DNA of 64,000 nt from Podospora anserina (lineage: Eukaryota), in NCBI GenBank assembly GCA_017654855.1, contig CM030332.1:6572001-6636000 (forward strand), read 5' to 3'. The position numbers and the translations under genes are program-made. Shown piece after piece: positions 1 through 12,686 of the stretch. The notes beneath the pieces were generated by a model. That model saw nothing but the letters and a program-made list of their open reading frames with translations. It was not told the DNA's origin and ran no database searches. Every line of letters begins with the position of its first letter. Within the stretch, counting starts at the first letter, position 1.

Positions 1-1
1 A

Positions 2-256
2 CCTTACCTCCACGAGTCTAGGCACAATCATGCCATGCGGAGGCCCCGTGGACCCGGTGGGCGGTTCCTGACAGCCGACGAAGTGGCCCAGATGGAAAAG
101 GACAAGGCAAATGGTGTCGAGACCAAGTTCGAGGACACGGCGACAAAGACATCCACGGGTGCCTCGAAAAGAAAATCAGACGGAGGCTCTGCGCCTGCGG
201 CCAAAAAAGCGAAAAGAGCCAACTTGACTCCCGAAGATGAAGAAGACGAGGAGTGA
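2..256 (+). CDS. HAP2: CCAAT-binding factor subunit HAP2/NF-YA, 3' end (gene starts before the window)
   Basis: Frame from base 2 reads [24 protein letters not shown], the NF-YA DNA-binding motif. It is followed by a basic and acidic tail and TGA at 254-256. Confidence 0.93.
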   Translation, partial: PYLHESRHNHAMRRPRGPGGRFLTADEVAQMEKDKANGVETKFEDTATKTSTGASKRKSDGGSAPAAKKAKRANLTPEDEEDEE

Positions 257-846
257 TAGGGGAGTGGTGGCGTTTTTATTTGGCGTGGGCGAAAGAGAAA
301 AAAAGACGGGATGCGTTTCCCACTCTATACCCAGTATTTTCTTATGTTGAAAGAAAGGTCATGATGTTATGACAGCCAACCTACTCTTGTTTACTCGAAA
401 TATTGGGATTGCGTGAGCAAACAACCGGACTGGTTCTGTTTTTGGCGAGGAGTAGGAGTCTTGGGGGGGAAGGGGTGGTGATGTCGTGTGTTTTACACTT
501 GATCCTTCTTCAGATTGGGCAACGATACTTCCTTTTTATTTTATTTTTCTTATTGGGGTGTTTTATAAGCGCTTTTGCATCGACACACCGATGGGGCCTT
601 TTAGTCCTTCCTGTTTCCTCTTTTTACTCTTCGAATACACTTCGCCTCACAGCAGCAAACCAAAGCATAGCGTTCGGTCTCGGTCGGTGGGAAACTCACG
701 GGGTGTGGGACGGGTCGGGGAGAGGCAGGACAGGAGAATGGGAATACCGGTGTTTTCACTTTTTTCCTATTCTCTGAAATCATCTGGAATGGAAAGGAAA
801 GATTGCACAAATATTTTGTGAAATGGGTCACGACGGGATACCCCCC

Positions 847-871
847 TTTTTTTTTTTTTTTTTTTTTTTTT
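847..871. repeat. poly-T tract
   Basis: Run of about 25 T downstream of HAP2. Confidence 0.9.
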
Positions 872-1914
872 CTTCGCAACATTGCGCCCGCGCCTTTTTG
901 TTACTTTATGTTCGCAACACATACACACACACTTATACCTTCTTTTCAGCGTACTCTATGTCTGTGATTTACTTTGTGTTGTTTTGATTTCATCATATCA
1001 CTTGAAGCGGATACCTTTTCGTTTTCTTTTGCCTCGATTAGAGGTTTGTGGGTTTGCGGGTCGGGTTACCCAGAGAAGCCTGGGGTGATCAAAAAAACTT
1101 GACGAGTACGTACACATGGAGTCTTTCGAAAGAGGAACGGAATTTAAGAGTATGGCACAGTTAGCTCAGTTTCGGGCCTGTTTTGGTTCGGAATCGCGAT
1201 GCGTTTATGCCGTCTTTACCTTTGATGCTGTAGACAATGTACCAACAGCCAATCCTCTGGCTAGGGTCGGATCTTGACTCTCGTAAAAGAAACAGTGAAC
1301 CAAGCAAATTGTGCAGAGAAGCTTATTTTTGCTAGCTCCGATCTATAAGATTTAAGAGATATATTGCATGTGCCTCCTTATTGGATCAGAGAGTGATATA
1401 TCCTCCTGCATGGCGTCGTGATTTGAAGGGGGTTTGATCGTGTTGTGGATTGGGTCCCCCGGGGTGGAGTGGGCGGTCAGCCGATTTGATGGATATGCAT
1501 TTCAAGGGGGAAGAGAGGAAGGTGAGTGGTCGGTCGGAGGTTTTTGGTCTACCCTTGTCCACATGGTAGAGGGCCACAGAAGATATGGGATTGCTTCGAG
1601 AAGATTAGATTAGATCGGTTGTCAGATGGTGGTGCTGGGTTGGCTGAGCGCTGGTGAGCAACCTACCCACTGCCTCTTGCCAATTGTGCGCCTAACCTAT
1701 CAGGCAGCAACAACACCCATCACCGGGAAAAAGAGAAATGTGGGGCAAAACTGCCAGCTTGGGAGCCACACCTCGCTGTTGCTGCTCATTCACCATCAGT
1801 CCCAACGCAAGAGAGACGACAGGAGGCACAAACCGGGAAATTAAACGACAGCTTCAACGACGAAAGACTTGCATATCGCGCGAATTATTCGACGAGACAT
1901 AACTATCAAGAAAC

Positions 1915-2613
1915 ATGCTCTTCTTCAGGTATGCATTTGCCCCTCTTGGCTTTCAGACATCGACGTTCTGGGGTGTGTTTTCATGAATTTGGGGAGGGAA
2001 GTGAAGTGTGAATGGCGGGAAGGGAGGGGGGGAAATCACAACACCGCATCGAAACTCTCATCCATCAAGAGAGTCACCATCATGACCCAGACAAATGCAG
2101 CAATAAGGCATCACAAACACAGGCCCTCCCCTCATTCCCTACCACCACACCATTCTCATCCCATACCCGATTACCCGAATGCTAACATTTACCTGAAAAG
2201 TTTCTTCAAAACCCTTATCGACCACGAGGTGACCGTCGAGCTCAAAAACGACATCCGCATCCGCGGCGTCCTCAAGAGCGTCGACCAATACCTCAACATC
2301 AAGCTCGACAACATCCAGGTGGTGGATGAGCTCAAGTATCCTCACTTGGTACGGCGCCCGTCATACCAGTTATCTCTTGCAATGGAGAGTCAGCTGACAA
2401 AGGAGATGTAGAGCGCTGTCAAGAATGTCTTTATCAGAGGCTCGGTCGTGAGATATGTCCATCTGCCTTCTCAGTCGGTGGATATTGACTTGCTGGAGGA
2501 TGCTACGAGGAGAGGTATGCTACATCTTGCCCGGCTTCTGCCTGACGATAAGGGTGCTGATGATCGAAAAAAAAAAAACAGAGGCGGCAAACCAAGCTGT
2601 GAAGGCGAAGTGA
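1915..2613 (+). CDS. LSM2: U6 snRNA-associated Sm-like protein LSm2; exons 1915-1928, 2201-2348, 2412-2514, 2582-2613
   Basis: Splicing at GT..AG sites gives MLFFSFFKTLIDHEVTVELKNDIRIRGVLKSVDQYLNIKLDNIQVVDELKYPHLSAVKNVFIRGSVVRYVHLP...DATRREAANQAVKAK*, a canonical LSm2. Confidence 0.95.
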
Positions 2614-3200
2614 GGAGACTGCTAGAAACGGCGCGGGGAGGTGAAACGAAGAAGGAGGTAGAAAAGCCAAAGCTACTCGTGGCATAAGAAGTATGGCACT
2701 AACAGCCATGACGAAAGGGGAGGTCCGCAAAAGACAACTGGTGTATTTGTTGTCCTTGCATCTCAGAGAGGGTTTGGATCTTATGCGCGGGAAGAAGAGG
2801 AGAGGTGGAAATTGCCCAGGCTATTATTATTATTGCAAATGGGTCAAGAGTATCTTGGTGGTAAAAACATTGACACCGAGAGGAGGATAAAGGGTCATGC
2901 AGAATGTGGAATAAAATAAGTGCGTTTAATTCCCCATAACTTTGAAGCGTGTGTGTATCTTCGCAACCTTTGCATGTCATTCCCCATTGTCACCTCTTCA
3001 ACAAAGCCAGCACTGTGCGCCCATGTTTTCTTTACCCATTCATCAACAATCGTGCTCTCAATTGTGAAGTTACTATTGTCTTCCCCTCACCACAAAGCCA
3101 AATCCAAGACTTTCGATCGCATGAGGTTGAGTCATGTGTGGGGTCAAGAAAGACTTGCATATTAGCCGCTTATCCACCAACTTATTTCAACACATCAACA

Positions 3201-3312
3201 GGGAGCTTGGCTCAGTTGGAAGAGCGCAGGTCTCATACGATTACAAGTATGATCTGGCTGTCTTAACACCAGAGTTATCCTGAGGTCGTGAGTTCGAGCC
3301 TCACAGTTCCCA
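3201..3312 (+). tRNA. tRNA-Met (CAT), intron-containing (intron ~3238-3276)
   Basis: Acceptor stem GGGAGCT/AGTTCCC+A, A-box TGGCTCAGTTGG, anticodon arm CAGGT-CTCATA..ATCCTG, T-arm GTGAGTTCGAGCCTCAC, and a T-rich Pol III terminator downstream. Confidence 0.9.
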
Positions 3313-3495
3313 TCTTCTTTTGCTTTTTGAGCCTGCTCCCCCACCGGCTTGGCCTTCTTTTTACTTAACACTATTTTATTACATCGTAAGTCTTCATATT
3401 TTGTTTCAACTGTTACATAATGTTATGACTAAACTACGCTGGACTCTTCACCCATCCCCCTATATCCCGACCTCTTTATATCCCAATCAAAACAA

Positions 3496-6246
3496 TCACC
3501 AATACACCACCCCCTCCTCCTCCTCCTCCTCCTCCTCCTCCTCTCTCCCATCTACACCCTCCTTCACCTCCAGCCGTCCGCCCTTCAACCTCCCCCTCTC
3601 CACAATCCACCGATCAATCCACCCCTTCATCCGTTTCCTGCTCTGTTCGCTCCCCACATTCACTGTCGGCACCACCCTCCCGATCTTCAAACCCATCACA
3701 AAAATCGCCAACTCCCTAAAGCTAGAATGCTCGCTATACGGCACCCCCAATAACACTCCCTCTTTGGTGCTTCCCCTCATGGGTATCAAATCCGCCTTGC
3801 GAAACCTACTCCTCCACGCCTTTCCATACAAGAGCTGTTCCATCGGTACGCTACCCGGGGCCATATCCGCCTTGATATTTAGGCTCTTCAAACTCGGGGG
3901 GCGGTAGTTCCACCCCGAGGGCTTGAACCCTACAATCCGGGAGAATCCAAACCGGCGATTTTCCTCGAGGTAAGAGATGAGATTCTCCTTGTTGAGGTCA
4001 GACAGCGAGGCGAGATGGACTTGCGCCTCTTGGGGGTTGGGAGTAAGGAGGGAGATGAGCTCTGGGTCGTCGAGTTGGTTCACGATTTTGAGTTTGTAAG
4101 GCGAGGCGTAGATTTTGGATTCGAGAGCGAGGGCGATGCCGACGCAGATGCGCTCTTTGCCTATGGAGTAGGTGCCGCAAAGGATGAGGAGGCGGTTTCT
4201 CTGGGAGGGTTGGGGGTTGCCTGAGAGGGCGGTGAATGCGTTCAGGGGGGCAGTGGGAGTAGGTGGTTTAGAAGGTGGTGGCGGGGGGTCATTTGTGGTG
4301 GTGGTGAAGAACTTGCTGACTGAGGTGGATGGGGCGCCGCCTTCTCGACGACGGAGGAGGGAGTCCCATTCTTTGTCGTCGTTGGAGATGAGGGCTTGGT
4401 TGAGGAGGGACGACATCTCTGCGCAGGTGGCGATGACGTCTTTTTGCGGAGGGAAGGAGTATTTTGGGTTGAGATAGGTGGTGTCTAGATAACAGACGTC
4501 AATTTTCTGGTGCTTTGTCTTGCCTGTTACGGCGTCAATTGTCTCTGGGCGGAGGTGAGGGTGCTCAAGGTGAGCTTGACAGGCTCGGAAATCCCCACAG
4601 TGCAAGATCCGATGTGTCTTGCCTCCTCCCATGGCCTTCTCAAACAAGAATAGAGAGCTACCGGGGCAATGGTTGGCGGGGATCATTGTTACTGTGACCC
4701 CCTTTGTGTGCGGGACTGGAACGGTTTTGTCAAACTCAAGCTCAACGACATATTTAGCCGCTGTCTTTAGCTGTGTCTTGACGAGTGACCCCGTTACTTT
4801 GCTGCAATAAATCGGGCCGTGAGTCCAGTTCGCCGTGAGGCCAATGTAGTGATCACTGTGAAAGTGACTGAGAAAGTAGGCCTTGCAGCCCTCCACAGCA
4901 CCATACCTGAAGGCATCAACACAAATCGAGAACCCAGGCATAATCTTGTAAAACGGACAAGTCCGCTTATACGCCGGCATTCCTCTCGAGGCGTTCTCTG
5001 CCGCAGCAGCCGCTGCCCAAGCGGTATCCTCAGCATGTCCAGACATGAGCTTAGCAAATGCTGAGCCCGAGCTGCCAGCTGAAGTCTTCTCACCGAAACT
5101 GATAGGATTCGCCTGTCCTGGTCTAGGCACAGCCGCTTTCGCAAACCTCTTTCCCACCTCAGCACCATCGATCTCTTTATTCTCTTCGAGTGCCGCTGGT
5201 GGCTTGGGCTGCGGTAGCGGCGTCGGATTCCCATCCAGACAGGCATTGACATGCTCCGAAGCCACCTGCTCTGACGCACCCGCCAAACTGCCCCCGCATA
5301 TTGGACATGCTTCCATCATCTCTTCATCAGTACGTCTGTCCATACCAAACTCTTCATAACCCTCCAACATGGCTTGCTCTTCCATGTCCCGCATAGCTTG
5401 GAGTTCTTCGCCGGTGAAATCCTCGTCGAATTCCTCTTCGCCTAACTCATCGATTGGCTCCTCTTCTGCAGGTCCTTCATTCGATGTCAAATTCGCTCCG
5501 GAGGTCTCATGTCGCAGCAGCGGCACCTTGCCCTTTACTTCTTGATCTTGATCTTCGTCATCCCTATCTGTTATCCTGGTCCCGTTGGTAAGTCTGTCGC
5601 CGGTAGTAGACTCGCAAACATTTTCTGCGGGGTCTGCAGACGCAAGGGTAGGTCTCACCCTTGATGGAGTCGTCGAGTCGTCATCATTGCTCGTTTCGTT
5701 TTCATCCCCGTCCTCGTCAGAAGAGGAGTCGTCCAAAAATGGATTTGGAACCTTCTTCTTCGCAGGTGGCTTCCTCGGCTCGTTCTGCTCCTTTTTGACT
5801 GTCGTCGACTCGGCATCTACTGAAACCGCCCTCGATTCCTCCCCACCCTCCTGCAAACCGAAACTCAACCTCCTCTTCTTAACCGACCCCCCATTCTCAT
5901 TATATCTCTCCCCTCCCCCCTCCTCCTCCACGGGCCTCTTGACGTAATCATCTGCCCCGTACATATCTTCCTCGTCCTCTTCTCCCCCCTCCCCTACCCC
6001 CCCTTCAACCCCCCCTTCAACCCCACCTTCAACCCCCCCAATAAACAAGTCCTCATCCTCCGTCTTCTTAAAATAACTCAAAATGCTCGCATTCGGCTTC
6101 GTCTTCACCTTCGGCCCTTTCGTCACAGGCTGCACCTTCATCCGCGCCCCAGGCGGTTGATTCGGTGTGATCGTTTTTTGCTTCAATTTCGGCTTCGGTG
6201 TCGCCGCCGTCTTTGGCTTGGCTTTTGATATTCTTGCGGGAGCCAT
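3496..6246 (-). CDS. PSO2: DNA interstrand cross-link repair nuclease PSO2/SNM1 (metallo-beta-lactamase/beta-CASP, with UBZ zinc finger)
   Basis: Motifs FLSHFHSDHYIGL, ANHCPGS, LHCGDFR, LDTTY, YSIGKER and VPYSEHSSF, plus UBZ-like CPICG..HVNACLD. The ATG at 6246 (MAPARISK) is preferred over the ORF-track start at 6360. Confidence 0.93.
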   Translation of the reverse strand: MAPARISKAKPKTAATPKPKLKQKTITPNQPPGARMKVQPVTKGPKVKTKPNASILSYFKKTEDEDLFIGGVEGGVEGGVEGGVGEGGEEDEEDMYGADDYVKRPVEEEGGGERYNENGGSVKKRRLSFGLQEGGEESRAVSVDAESTTVKKEQNEPRKPPAKKKVPNPFLDDSSSDEDGDENETSNDDDSTTPSRVRPTLASADPAENVCESTTGDRLTNGTRITDRDDEDQDQEVKGKVPLLRHETSGANLTSNEGPAEEEPIDELGEEEFDEDFTGEELQAMRDMEEQAMLEGYEEFGMDRRTDEEMMEACPICGGSLAGASEQVASEHVNACLDGNPTPLPQPKPPAALEENKEIDGAEVGKRFAKAAVPRPGQANPISFGEKTSAGSSGSAFAKLMSGHAEDTAWAAAAAAENASRGMPAYKRTCPFYKIMPGFSICVDAFRYGAVEGCKAYFLSHFHSDHYIGLTANWTHGPIYCSKVTGSLVKTQLKTAAKYVVELEFDKTVPVPHTKGVTVTMIPANHCPGSSLFLFEKAMGGGKTHRILHCGDFRACQAHLEHPHLRPETIDAVTGKTKHQKIDVCYLDTTYLNPKYSFPPQKDVIATCAEMSSLLNQALISNDDKEWDSLLRRREGGAPSTSVSKFFTTTTNDPPPPPSKPPTPTAPLNAFTALSGNPQPSQRNRLLILCGTYSIGKERICVGIALALESKIYASPYKLKIVNQLDDPELISLLTPNPQEAQVHLASLSDLNKENLISYLEENRRFGFSRIVGFKPSGWNYRPPSLKSLNIKADMAPGSVPMEQLLYGKAWRSRFRKADLIPMRGSTKEGVLLGVPYSEHSSFRELAIFVMGLKIGRVVPTVNVGSEQSRKRMKGWIDRWIVERGRLKGGRLEVKEGVDGREEEEEEEEEEGVVYW

Positions 6247-6977
6247 TTTGTCGACTGGGGCGTGGGGAGGGGGGAGAAGGCAAGCCGATCGGAGTTGGCA
6301 AAAGTGCAACACGTTGAGAACGCGACGAGTGTTGGAGGGGTGGCGTAAAATGTCCGCCACCGGGAGGGGAGCAAAACGCTAGGTCTGCGCGGTGTCACGT
6401 GCCCTGCACTTAGAGAACGAGCCAAGGGGGTCAGGGCAAAGGAGACATGAGAACAAAGAGAATATTGATTTGTCCTGTGCTATTGGATACAGCTGGTTCA
6501 AGAGGCGGGAAGCTCAGCTAGTCGTCCCGCCAGGGCCAAACTTTCCTCGTTCTAGACCCGAGGTGCCGAAGTAGTCTCATCCTATTCGCGTCAGAAATAG
6601 GGGCTTCTAGGTATGGCTCACAGGCCTCAAAACATTGTCGTAAGCCGATGAGAGGTGGCAGAGACTCTCAACAACTCCAACGGCACATCACTCTTTTGCA
6701 TATTCATATTTGGGACCGACGTCCGGTACGCAATTACAGACATTTGGTAGAAAAGTTCATTGGTATTGCATTTGACGCTATGGTCCCGCTTTTTAACCCC
6801 TTTATTGAATGCTGATCCGGAAAAACGCTGGCTTTTCATAACCACAGAGGTATCCCGTATCCGCTTCCGTTTCAGTAATATTGCTCTTGAGCGGTATAAT
6901 ACCCGGTGTCATCACATAGTCCTCCTTCTTGTCCTCCTTCTCGCCACCGACGGTGCTCTACACTCCCTAGAGGTACT

Positions 6978-8880
6978 CTACTCCTCCGCCTCCTGAACCG
7001 GCTCGGCGACCTCCTCCTCCTCGTCATCCAAGCTCCCAGCAGGGACCTGGTAGAGTCGGAGGATGTTCTTGTTGGGGTCCTTGACCAAGATGTACTTGCC
7101 CTCTGGCTGCTGAAGAACCATGTCGGCGATGGTACGAACGATACCCCAGCCGTTGGACAGCTGGAGGTTCATCTGGTTGGCAAAGTCCTTAGGCTTCCAG
7201 CCAACAACGCCAATAATGACGTGCTTGTCATTGGTCTTGGGGTTCGCGCGAGACACGAAACTGGTGAAAGCAAAGTTAGCCACCACATGTTCCAACAGAT
7301 ACACAGAACAGGACAAAAACATACCCAATCTTCATGACATCAGCCTTGGCAAGAATAGACTGAACAGTCCATCTGGCGAGCTTGCAGCTGTTGTTCTTCA
7401 TCTCAGTGGCGACTACAGCACCACGCTGAGACACAAGCTTGGTCCTCCAGTCAAGGCCACCACCGCTGCCTTGAGCCTTGCTGTCAAACTCGTTGAGAGC
7501 GTGGACAGTGACGAACTGGTTCTCGTTGTTGAGAGCGCTCTTTTGCACCGCATCCAACTCGGTGCGGACGATAAGATAAGTGGGGCTCTCCTCGGTGGTG
7601 GAAAGATCGAACCGTCTGTACTTGTAGGCCTTGGACGCAGGGGGCACGGACTCCTCGGGGGAGTAGAAGGGGTTCTCGTGAGCCATGCTGACCTTGTGCT
7701 GCTCAAGCACAACCTGGTTGGCAAAGTTGTGGTTGATATAGGTAGCCTCCTCCGCGAGCGCGGTGGGCTGGTTGATAGAATCCTTGGATCCCTCGGAAGC
7801 CTCGAGCGGCGCATCGGCGGCGTTCTCGTTGACGGTGACCATGTCAAGAGCGGCGTTGTCGCGCTTGTCAAAGAAGACCTTGTTGCCCTGTCTGACAATG
7901 ACGATATCCCAAGAGTAGACGGAACGGGGGGCGCACATCAGCATCGAGAGAATGCTATCAGTGGCAAAGATGGTGGCCTCCTCCTTGTCAGCGAGCTCCT
8001 GGATGATAGGATCCACAGAGGTCGTGACGTTGTAGGCAGCACGGTCAAGCGCAAGAAGCTTGCGCTCCGAGTTCTTGACTGGTGGCTTGTCGTAGGAGCG
8101 GTCGTAGGCATTTACGAAACCGTAGCTGTCGATATCCTCACCCTCGTCCGTCTCGAGGTTCAGCTTGCTAAGACGGTTGTAGTCAATCTCCTCAAGCAAG
8201 GTCCAGTTGGGCTTGATGTTGATCGAAGCATCACGGTTGCGAGCAGGCTTGTCGTAATCCTTCCAGCCAAAGCGACGACCGCCGCGAGCATTGCCGCCAC
8301 CGCGGGCACCGCCCCGGTTGTCATAGCCTCCGCCATATTGCCCACCGCGACCGGCACGCTGGAACTGTTGACGACCACCGGCGGCTCTGGAATCTCCCCT
8401 TCCACCGCGCTGGCCACCGCGGCCACGGGTGAAAACGGCACCACGGCCGAAGCGGGTCTTGGTTGAGTCGCGAACGTTGGAGACAACGGAGAAGGAAGCC
8501 TCGTCCTCGGCGACAGGAGGAGTGAACAGAGAAGCGGAACCGGCACCATAGACTTGTTGGTCTGGAGAGAGCAGATGTTAGTACGCATAGCAGATACAAA
8601 TCGCACGTATGCGAGTGATGAGCCCTTGCGACAGGTCCATCCAGCACCCACCTCTAAAGTTCCTGTTGAATTGCTGTCTGCCACCACGGCCGTCTCTGCC
8701 ATCCTTGTTGTCGGTCCAGTCAGCCATGCGACCGAGCTTGTCGCTCTTGGAGAATGGGGCGTAGGGAACGCCGTTGAGGGTGGTCTCGGTGGTAATCGGG
8801 GGGCCCCAAGTGCCCTCATGCTCGGGCAACGAGTTGATCAGGTCGACCAGGGCCGACTCGCCTGGTGGTGGGACAGCCAT
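6978..8880 (-). CDS. eIF3d: Translation initiation factor eIF3 subunit D; exons 8880-8652, 8561-7325, 7260-6978
   Basis: Motifs [44 protein letters not shown] and GFVSRANPK...[10 protein letters not shown]. Introns have GT/AG ends and CTAAC branch sites. Confidence 0.95.
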
Positions 8881-9511
8881 ATTGGGTTGTGTTGATGTGG
8901 GATAAGAGTTGGGCTGCTGAAGGTATGCTCCGGATGATGTCCAATAAGTAGTGATCGTAGAGTGAGCCGAGATCCGGTGCTGTGGCGGTTGCGACGTGAA
9001 TGCGGAGTTGCAGCAGTTTGACAGAGGGCTATTTTTCAAAAGTGAAATTCTCGTGGTGGGGTGTTGTGGGTGTGGGGCAACCGCTTGCGGTAGCACAGTG
9101 CGGAGGGGCAGGAAGGTCGGTGACAGAAAAGCAGGTACCACACACGTCTAGAACATGGTTTTCTAGAGGTCAAGTACATCCAGAAGCATCTTCTACACCC
9201 TCTGATGTCTAATAGCTTCTGTTGAAAGCTCACAGATCTTATAATATGCCGTGAAAGGCCTATGGGCTGTCATCCGATACGTCGTAGCGGTAAAGCAATC
9301 CTATTATTCTGTCCATAGCAAGTCAGGAGACAATACTAACCACTCCCACAAGGACAAACACTGGAACCATGTCCCCAAAGCACTATTTACTTTTCTACGG
9401 ACTCAGATACCTTCAAAAGTGACAATAGGGACATCTAATACAGTGCGCCGTCCAAGTTGCTCAATAACACCCGAGAAATAAACATCAAAGCTCTGTAGAT
9501 CCCAACCAATG

Positions 9512-10994
9512 TCAATATCCCAGTACAAGCTCCGATTTCGTCGAGAAAACATTCTCCAACGCATCTCGAACCTCGAACTCCTCCATCACAGAACCAAACC
9601 TGCGTAAATGTCAGCAAACATACTCTAACAGCACCGTAACTAGCCGAAGGCAAGCGACCAAGAAGTACTCGAGAATCAACATACCCATAACACCTAACCT
9701 TCCCAGCCAACTCATCAGCCAGCTTTCTAAAATCTTCCATCCTCAACATATTAACACCCGGGTGCGTCATCACCATCCCCCACGCCATTACAGGTGTGAT
9801 CTCCCCCTCAAGATTCAGTTTCTGGCTGAGGTCCATCAACGTTGCCAAGTCGGGCTTTGCCAAATCCCATGTACGCGGCTGCTCTCCAGTACGGCCACGA
9901 TCGGTGACACCATGATTGTGTGTCTTGGTTTCTCCACTGTCGTTGTGTCCAAACGGGACCTCAGGGGCCATCTGGGCAAACGACTCGGGTGGGCACGATG
10001 CCATGAGAGCATGTCCGCAGGGTTCGACTCCGCCCGATTCGACAGTTCGGTCAAGTAGCCATGGTAGGTGTTCCATGCAAGGTCTCTCGAGCCTATTTTC
10101 TTCTGCCGAGAAGGTGTGGCGGAGTGGTTAGCTTGACGTTCTTCTCCGCTACCATATCTTCACGCCATCATCCTTGAGCCTCCGCCCTCCCACTGGTCGC
10201 AAAGCCATATGGCAAGGTAAGTGGGGGCAGCACAAGGAACAGAAAAGCGATGTTAAACAGGCAAGCACACATGGTTACAACATGAAAGGGATATCTTACG
10301 TTAACACAAAATCGATCCCAAGTTGCTCGTAATCGAGGTTCGGATTCGGATTCGGATTCGGTTGGTTCTCGAACCCTCTCATACCCCCATTGTTTGGTGA
10401 CGGGCCGCTCTGGTGTCCCATTCCGCCGGTTGGGAGGGGCGACGCAGTGAAGTTGCTTGTATTGCTCGATATTGGCGCGTAGCTCCCGGTGATGCTGGCG
10501 GGACCGGACTCGTAGCCTAGACTTGGGTTGCTCAAAGAATCGTCCAACAAACTGGGACCACCCACAGCCACCCCTTGGCTTAGGAGCGCCTTGAGCTGGC
10601 GATTTTCCTCAGCCAGCTGGTCTTTATCCTGGGAGGCATGAGTGAATGCCTCTTTGAGCCGAAGGACTTCGTCTTCGAGGGCCTTGATATATCGTTCTTT
10701 GCGCTCTCGGTGTGTTCTATAATTTGACAGTGGTCAGAGACTGTGTTGCTAACCATGGATTCTAAGGTACACCTACCTTTGCGCTTGTCGGTTCAGCTCT
10801 TGTCTTCTGGTCAGCGCAGGCTTGCTGTCGGGCTTGGGTCCTCGACGCTTTGGAGGCTGCCCAGCCTTCGTTGTCGACTTCTTGTCGGTGATATTTTTCA
10901 GAAATTCGAGGTTCAGTGAAGACAGCGGGCCTGTGTCCTGATCCGAGGGTCCCGCATCGAGATTGTAGTCGTCTGGCGACAACGATGAAGACAT
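9512..10994 (-). CDS. flbB: FlbB-type bZIP transcription factor, 4 exons (approx. 10994-10777, 10717-10299, 10093-9684, 9599-9512)
   Basis: LSSLNLEFLKN..KRRGPKPDSKPALTRRQELNRQAQR|THRERKERYIKALE basic/zipper region. C-terminal RPCMEH and KVRCYGFGSVMEEFEVRDAL match the FlbB family as recalled. Confidence 0.82.
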
Positions 10995-12686
10995 GTTGTT
11001 ACTGTCGTAACTGTTGGTGTGGAAGACGGGGAAATGCTATTCGTGGCCCTTCGGAACTGGTACTTTTTGGTGCGCCGGAAGCGCGCCGGCAGTAGGAAGA
11101 TTGACAATACAGATATGCGATCTGGTCTAGACGAAGATGTGGGGGGGCCCGAGGCAAGCTCATGCGCCGACTTGAACGCCGTCGAGTTTTAGGAGGACGG
11201 GGGCTATTTGGGAAAACAAGACACGCACGTATTTTGTGTTGGAAAAGCCTCGGGAAGTCATGCAGAGGAATCGACGCAACGGGAAGTATGGTGGTAAACA
11301 ATTCTGCGAACTTGTTTCCGTCGTCAACGACGGTGGGAGGCGCCTGGTGATGATTGCTGCGCCTACTTCATGGGGGGTCCATTTGGAATGGCGAGCTGGC
11401 GTGCCTGAGCTTGGCAGTCAATTTGGGGGTGCAGTTTATCTGCATCTAAGTAATCATGAAACTGGTGCCGAGGGAACGATGTTAGAGGCCAAAAAAATCA
11501 ACCTGATTAGCCTCGATCAAGGCCTTCAGAAAGAATACATGTCTTGCGACACAGACAAGTCCTCGGTAAGTCTCCTCCTAGTAGATGATGAGACGATTGG
11601 ATGGTTTTGGACAAGAGGCCGAAGCTGACTTCCAACCGAGCTGCGGGGAGGTATCACTGTCCAGTCTCCAAGCTGAAGAGGACCTGAGTTTGGCGGAGTT
11701 AAGATCCCACTGTGGGCAAGGCTGGCGGATTCCTCGCTGAGGCAGGGATTCCCAGGCCAAATGAAATGTGGAGTTTGGTTGTTTCTGTAGGCGAGGCCGA
11801 GCTCGAATCCATACAATTCTGAAGAAGGCATCGTCTTTTTGTGTTCGAAAAGCAACATGATGTGAATCACAAGATTATTGTTCTGGAAGCCAGAGAGGCG
11901 ACCCCCACGAAGCACTAGAAAGCTTGGCGATGAGGGTTGCGTATCTCCTTGGCATCGCGTCTTATCGCTGGAAGCATGCACAAGGAGAACACCGGTGTTT
12001 CGAAAGGGAAGGCAGTACGGTGAGTTTGGTATTGATGTGTTGGTATATAATAGGTTTTCTACTCAAGGTTTGGAAGCAATTCTGCTGTAGAGAATGGAGC
12101 AGATGGCATGGGAGCCTTGAGCAGATCACACGAGGTCAATCGTGGAGTCGGACAGGGGTTATGTCTGGTGGCGCTCCCGCAACGATCAAACACCAAGCTT
12201 GTCACCTAACCCACGGCCAAGATATCGCCGTCTCAAAGCTAACGACCGGCCAGGGTATTCCTGAGTCTCGACGGACGTCATCTCATTTTGATTGATGAAG
12301 CGGCGGCCTTGTAGACTCCAGCTAGAGTCATGACGGCTGCCTTTTGGTGCGCGTGCATGATGCGTCGTAAATAACCTAGTGGATCTACACTTCTTCCTTG
12401 ACGAACTTCATTATTTTACCTTGGATGCCTGGAAGGTCAACCACCTACCACTTGGGAGTTCCTGCCCTTGGAAAACACACGCAACTTAGCCGTGCCTTCC
12501 TGAGGTGTGCCCTTCCCGCCCATGGTCGAACACTTCACCATGATGAAAACAAAGGTGCTCCGAGCATCGCCAAACCCTCTCCCTTCATCCAGCCAGCTGG
12601 TCTCAATCCTGGTGACAGCCATCTTACCTTTACAATAACCTCGCATCATTCATTGTTAGCATCCATACAGCCAACAACCCAACACC

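Noticed and set aside
403..1844. Short ORFs between HAP2 and LSM2
   Set aside because: Low-complexity T-rich UTR/intergenic sequence, mostly non-ATG starts, no recognisable motifs.
5998..6038. 12-bp tandem repeat, and a (CCT)n run at ~3513-3542
   Set aside because: Simple coding microsatellites (GGVE repeats, poly-Glu) within PSO2.
7120..8466. 448-aa plus-strand ORF
   Set aside because: Antisense shadow of the codon-biased eIF3d exon; no independent motifs.
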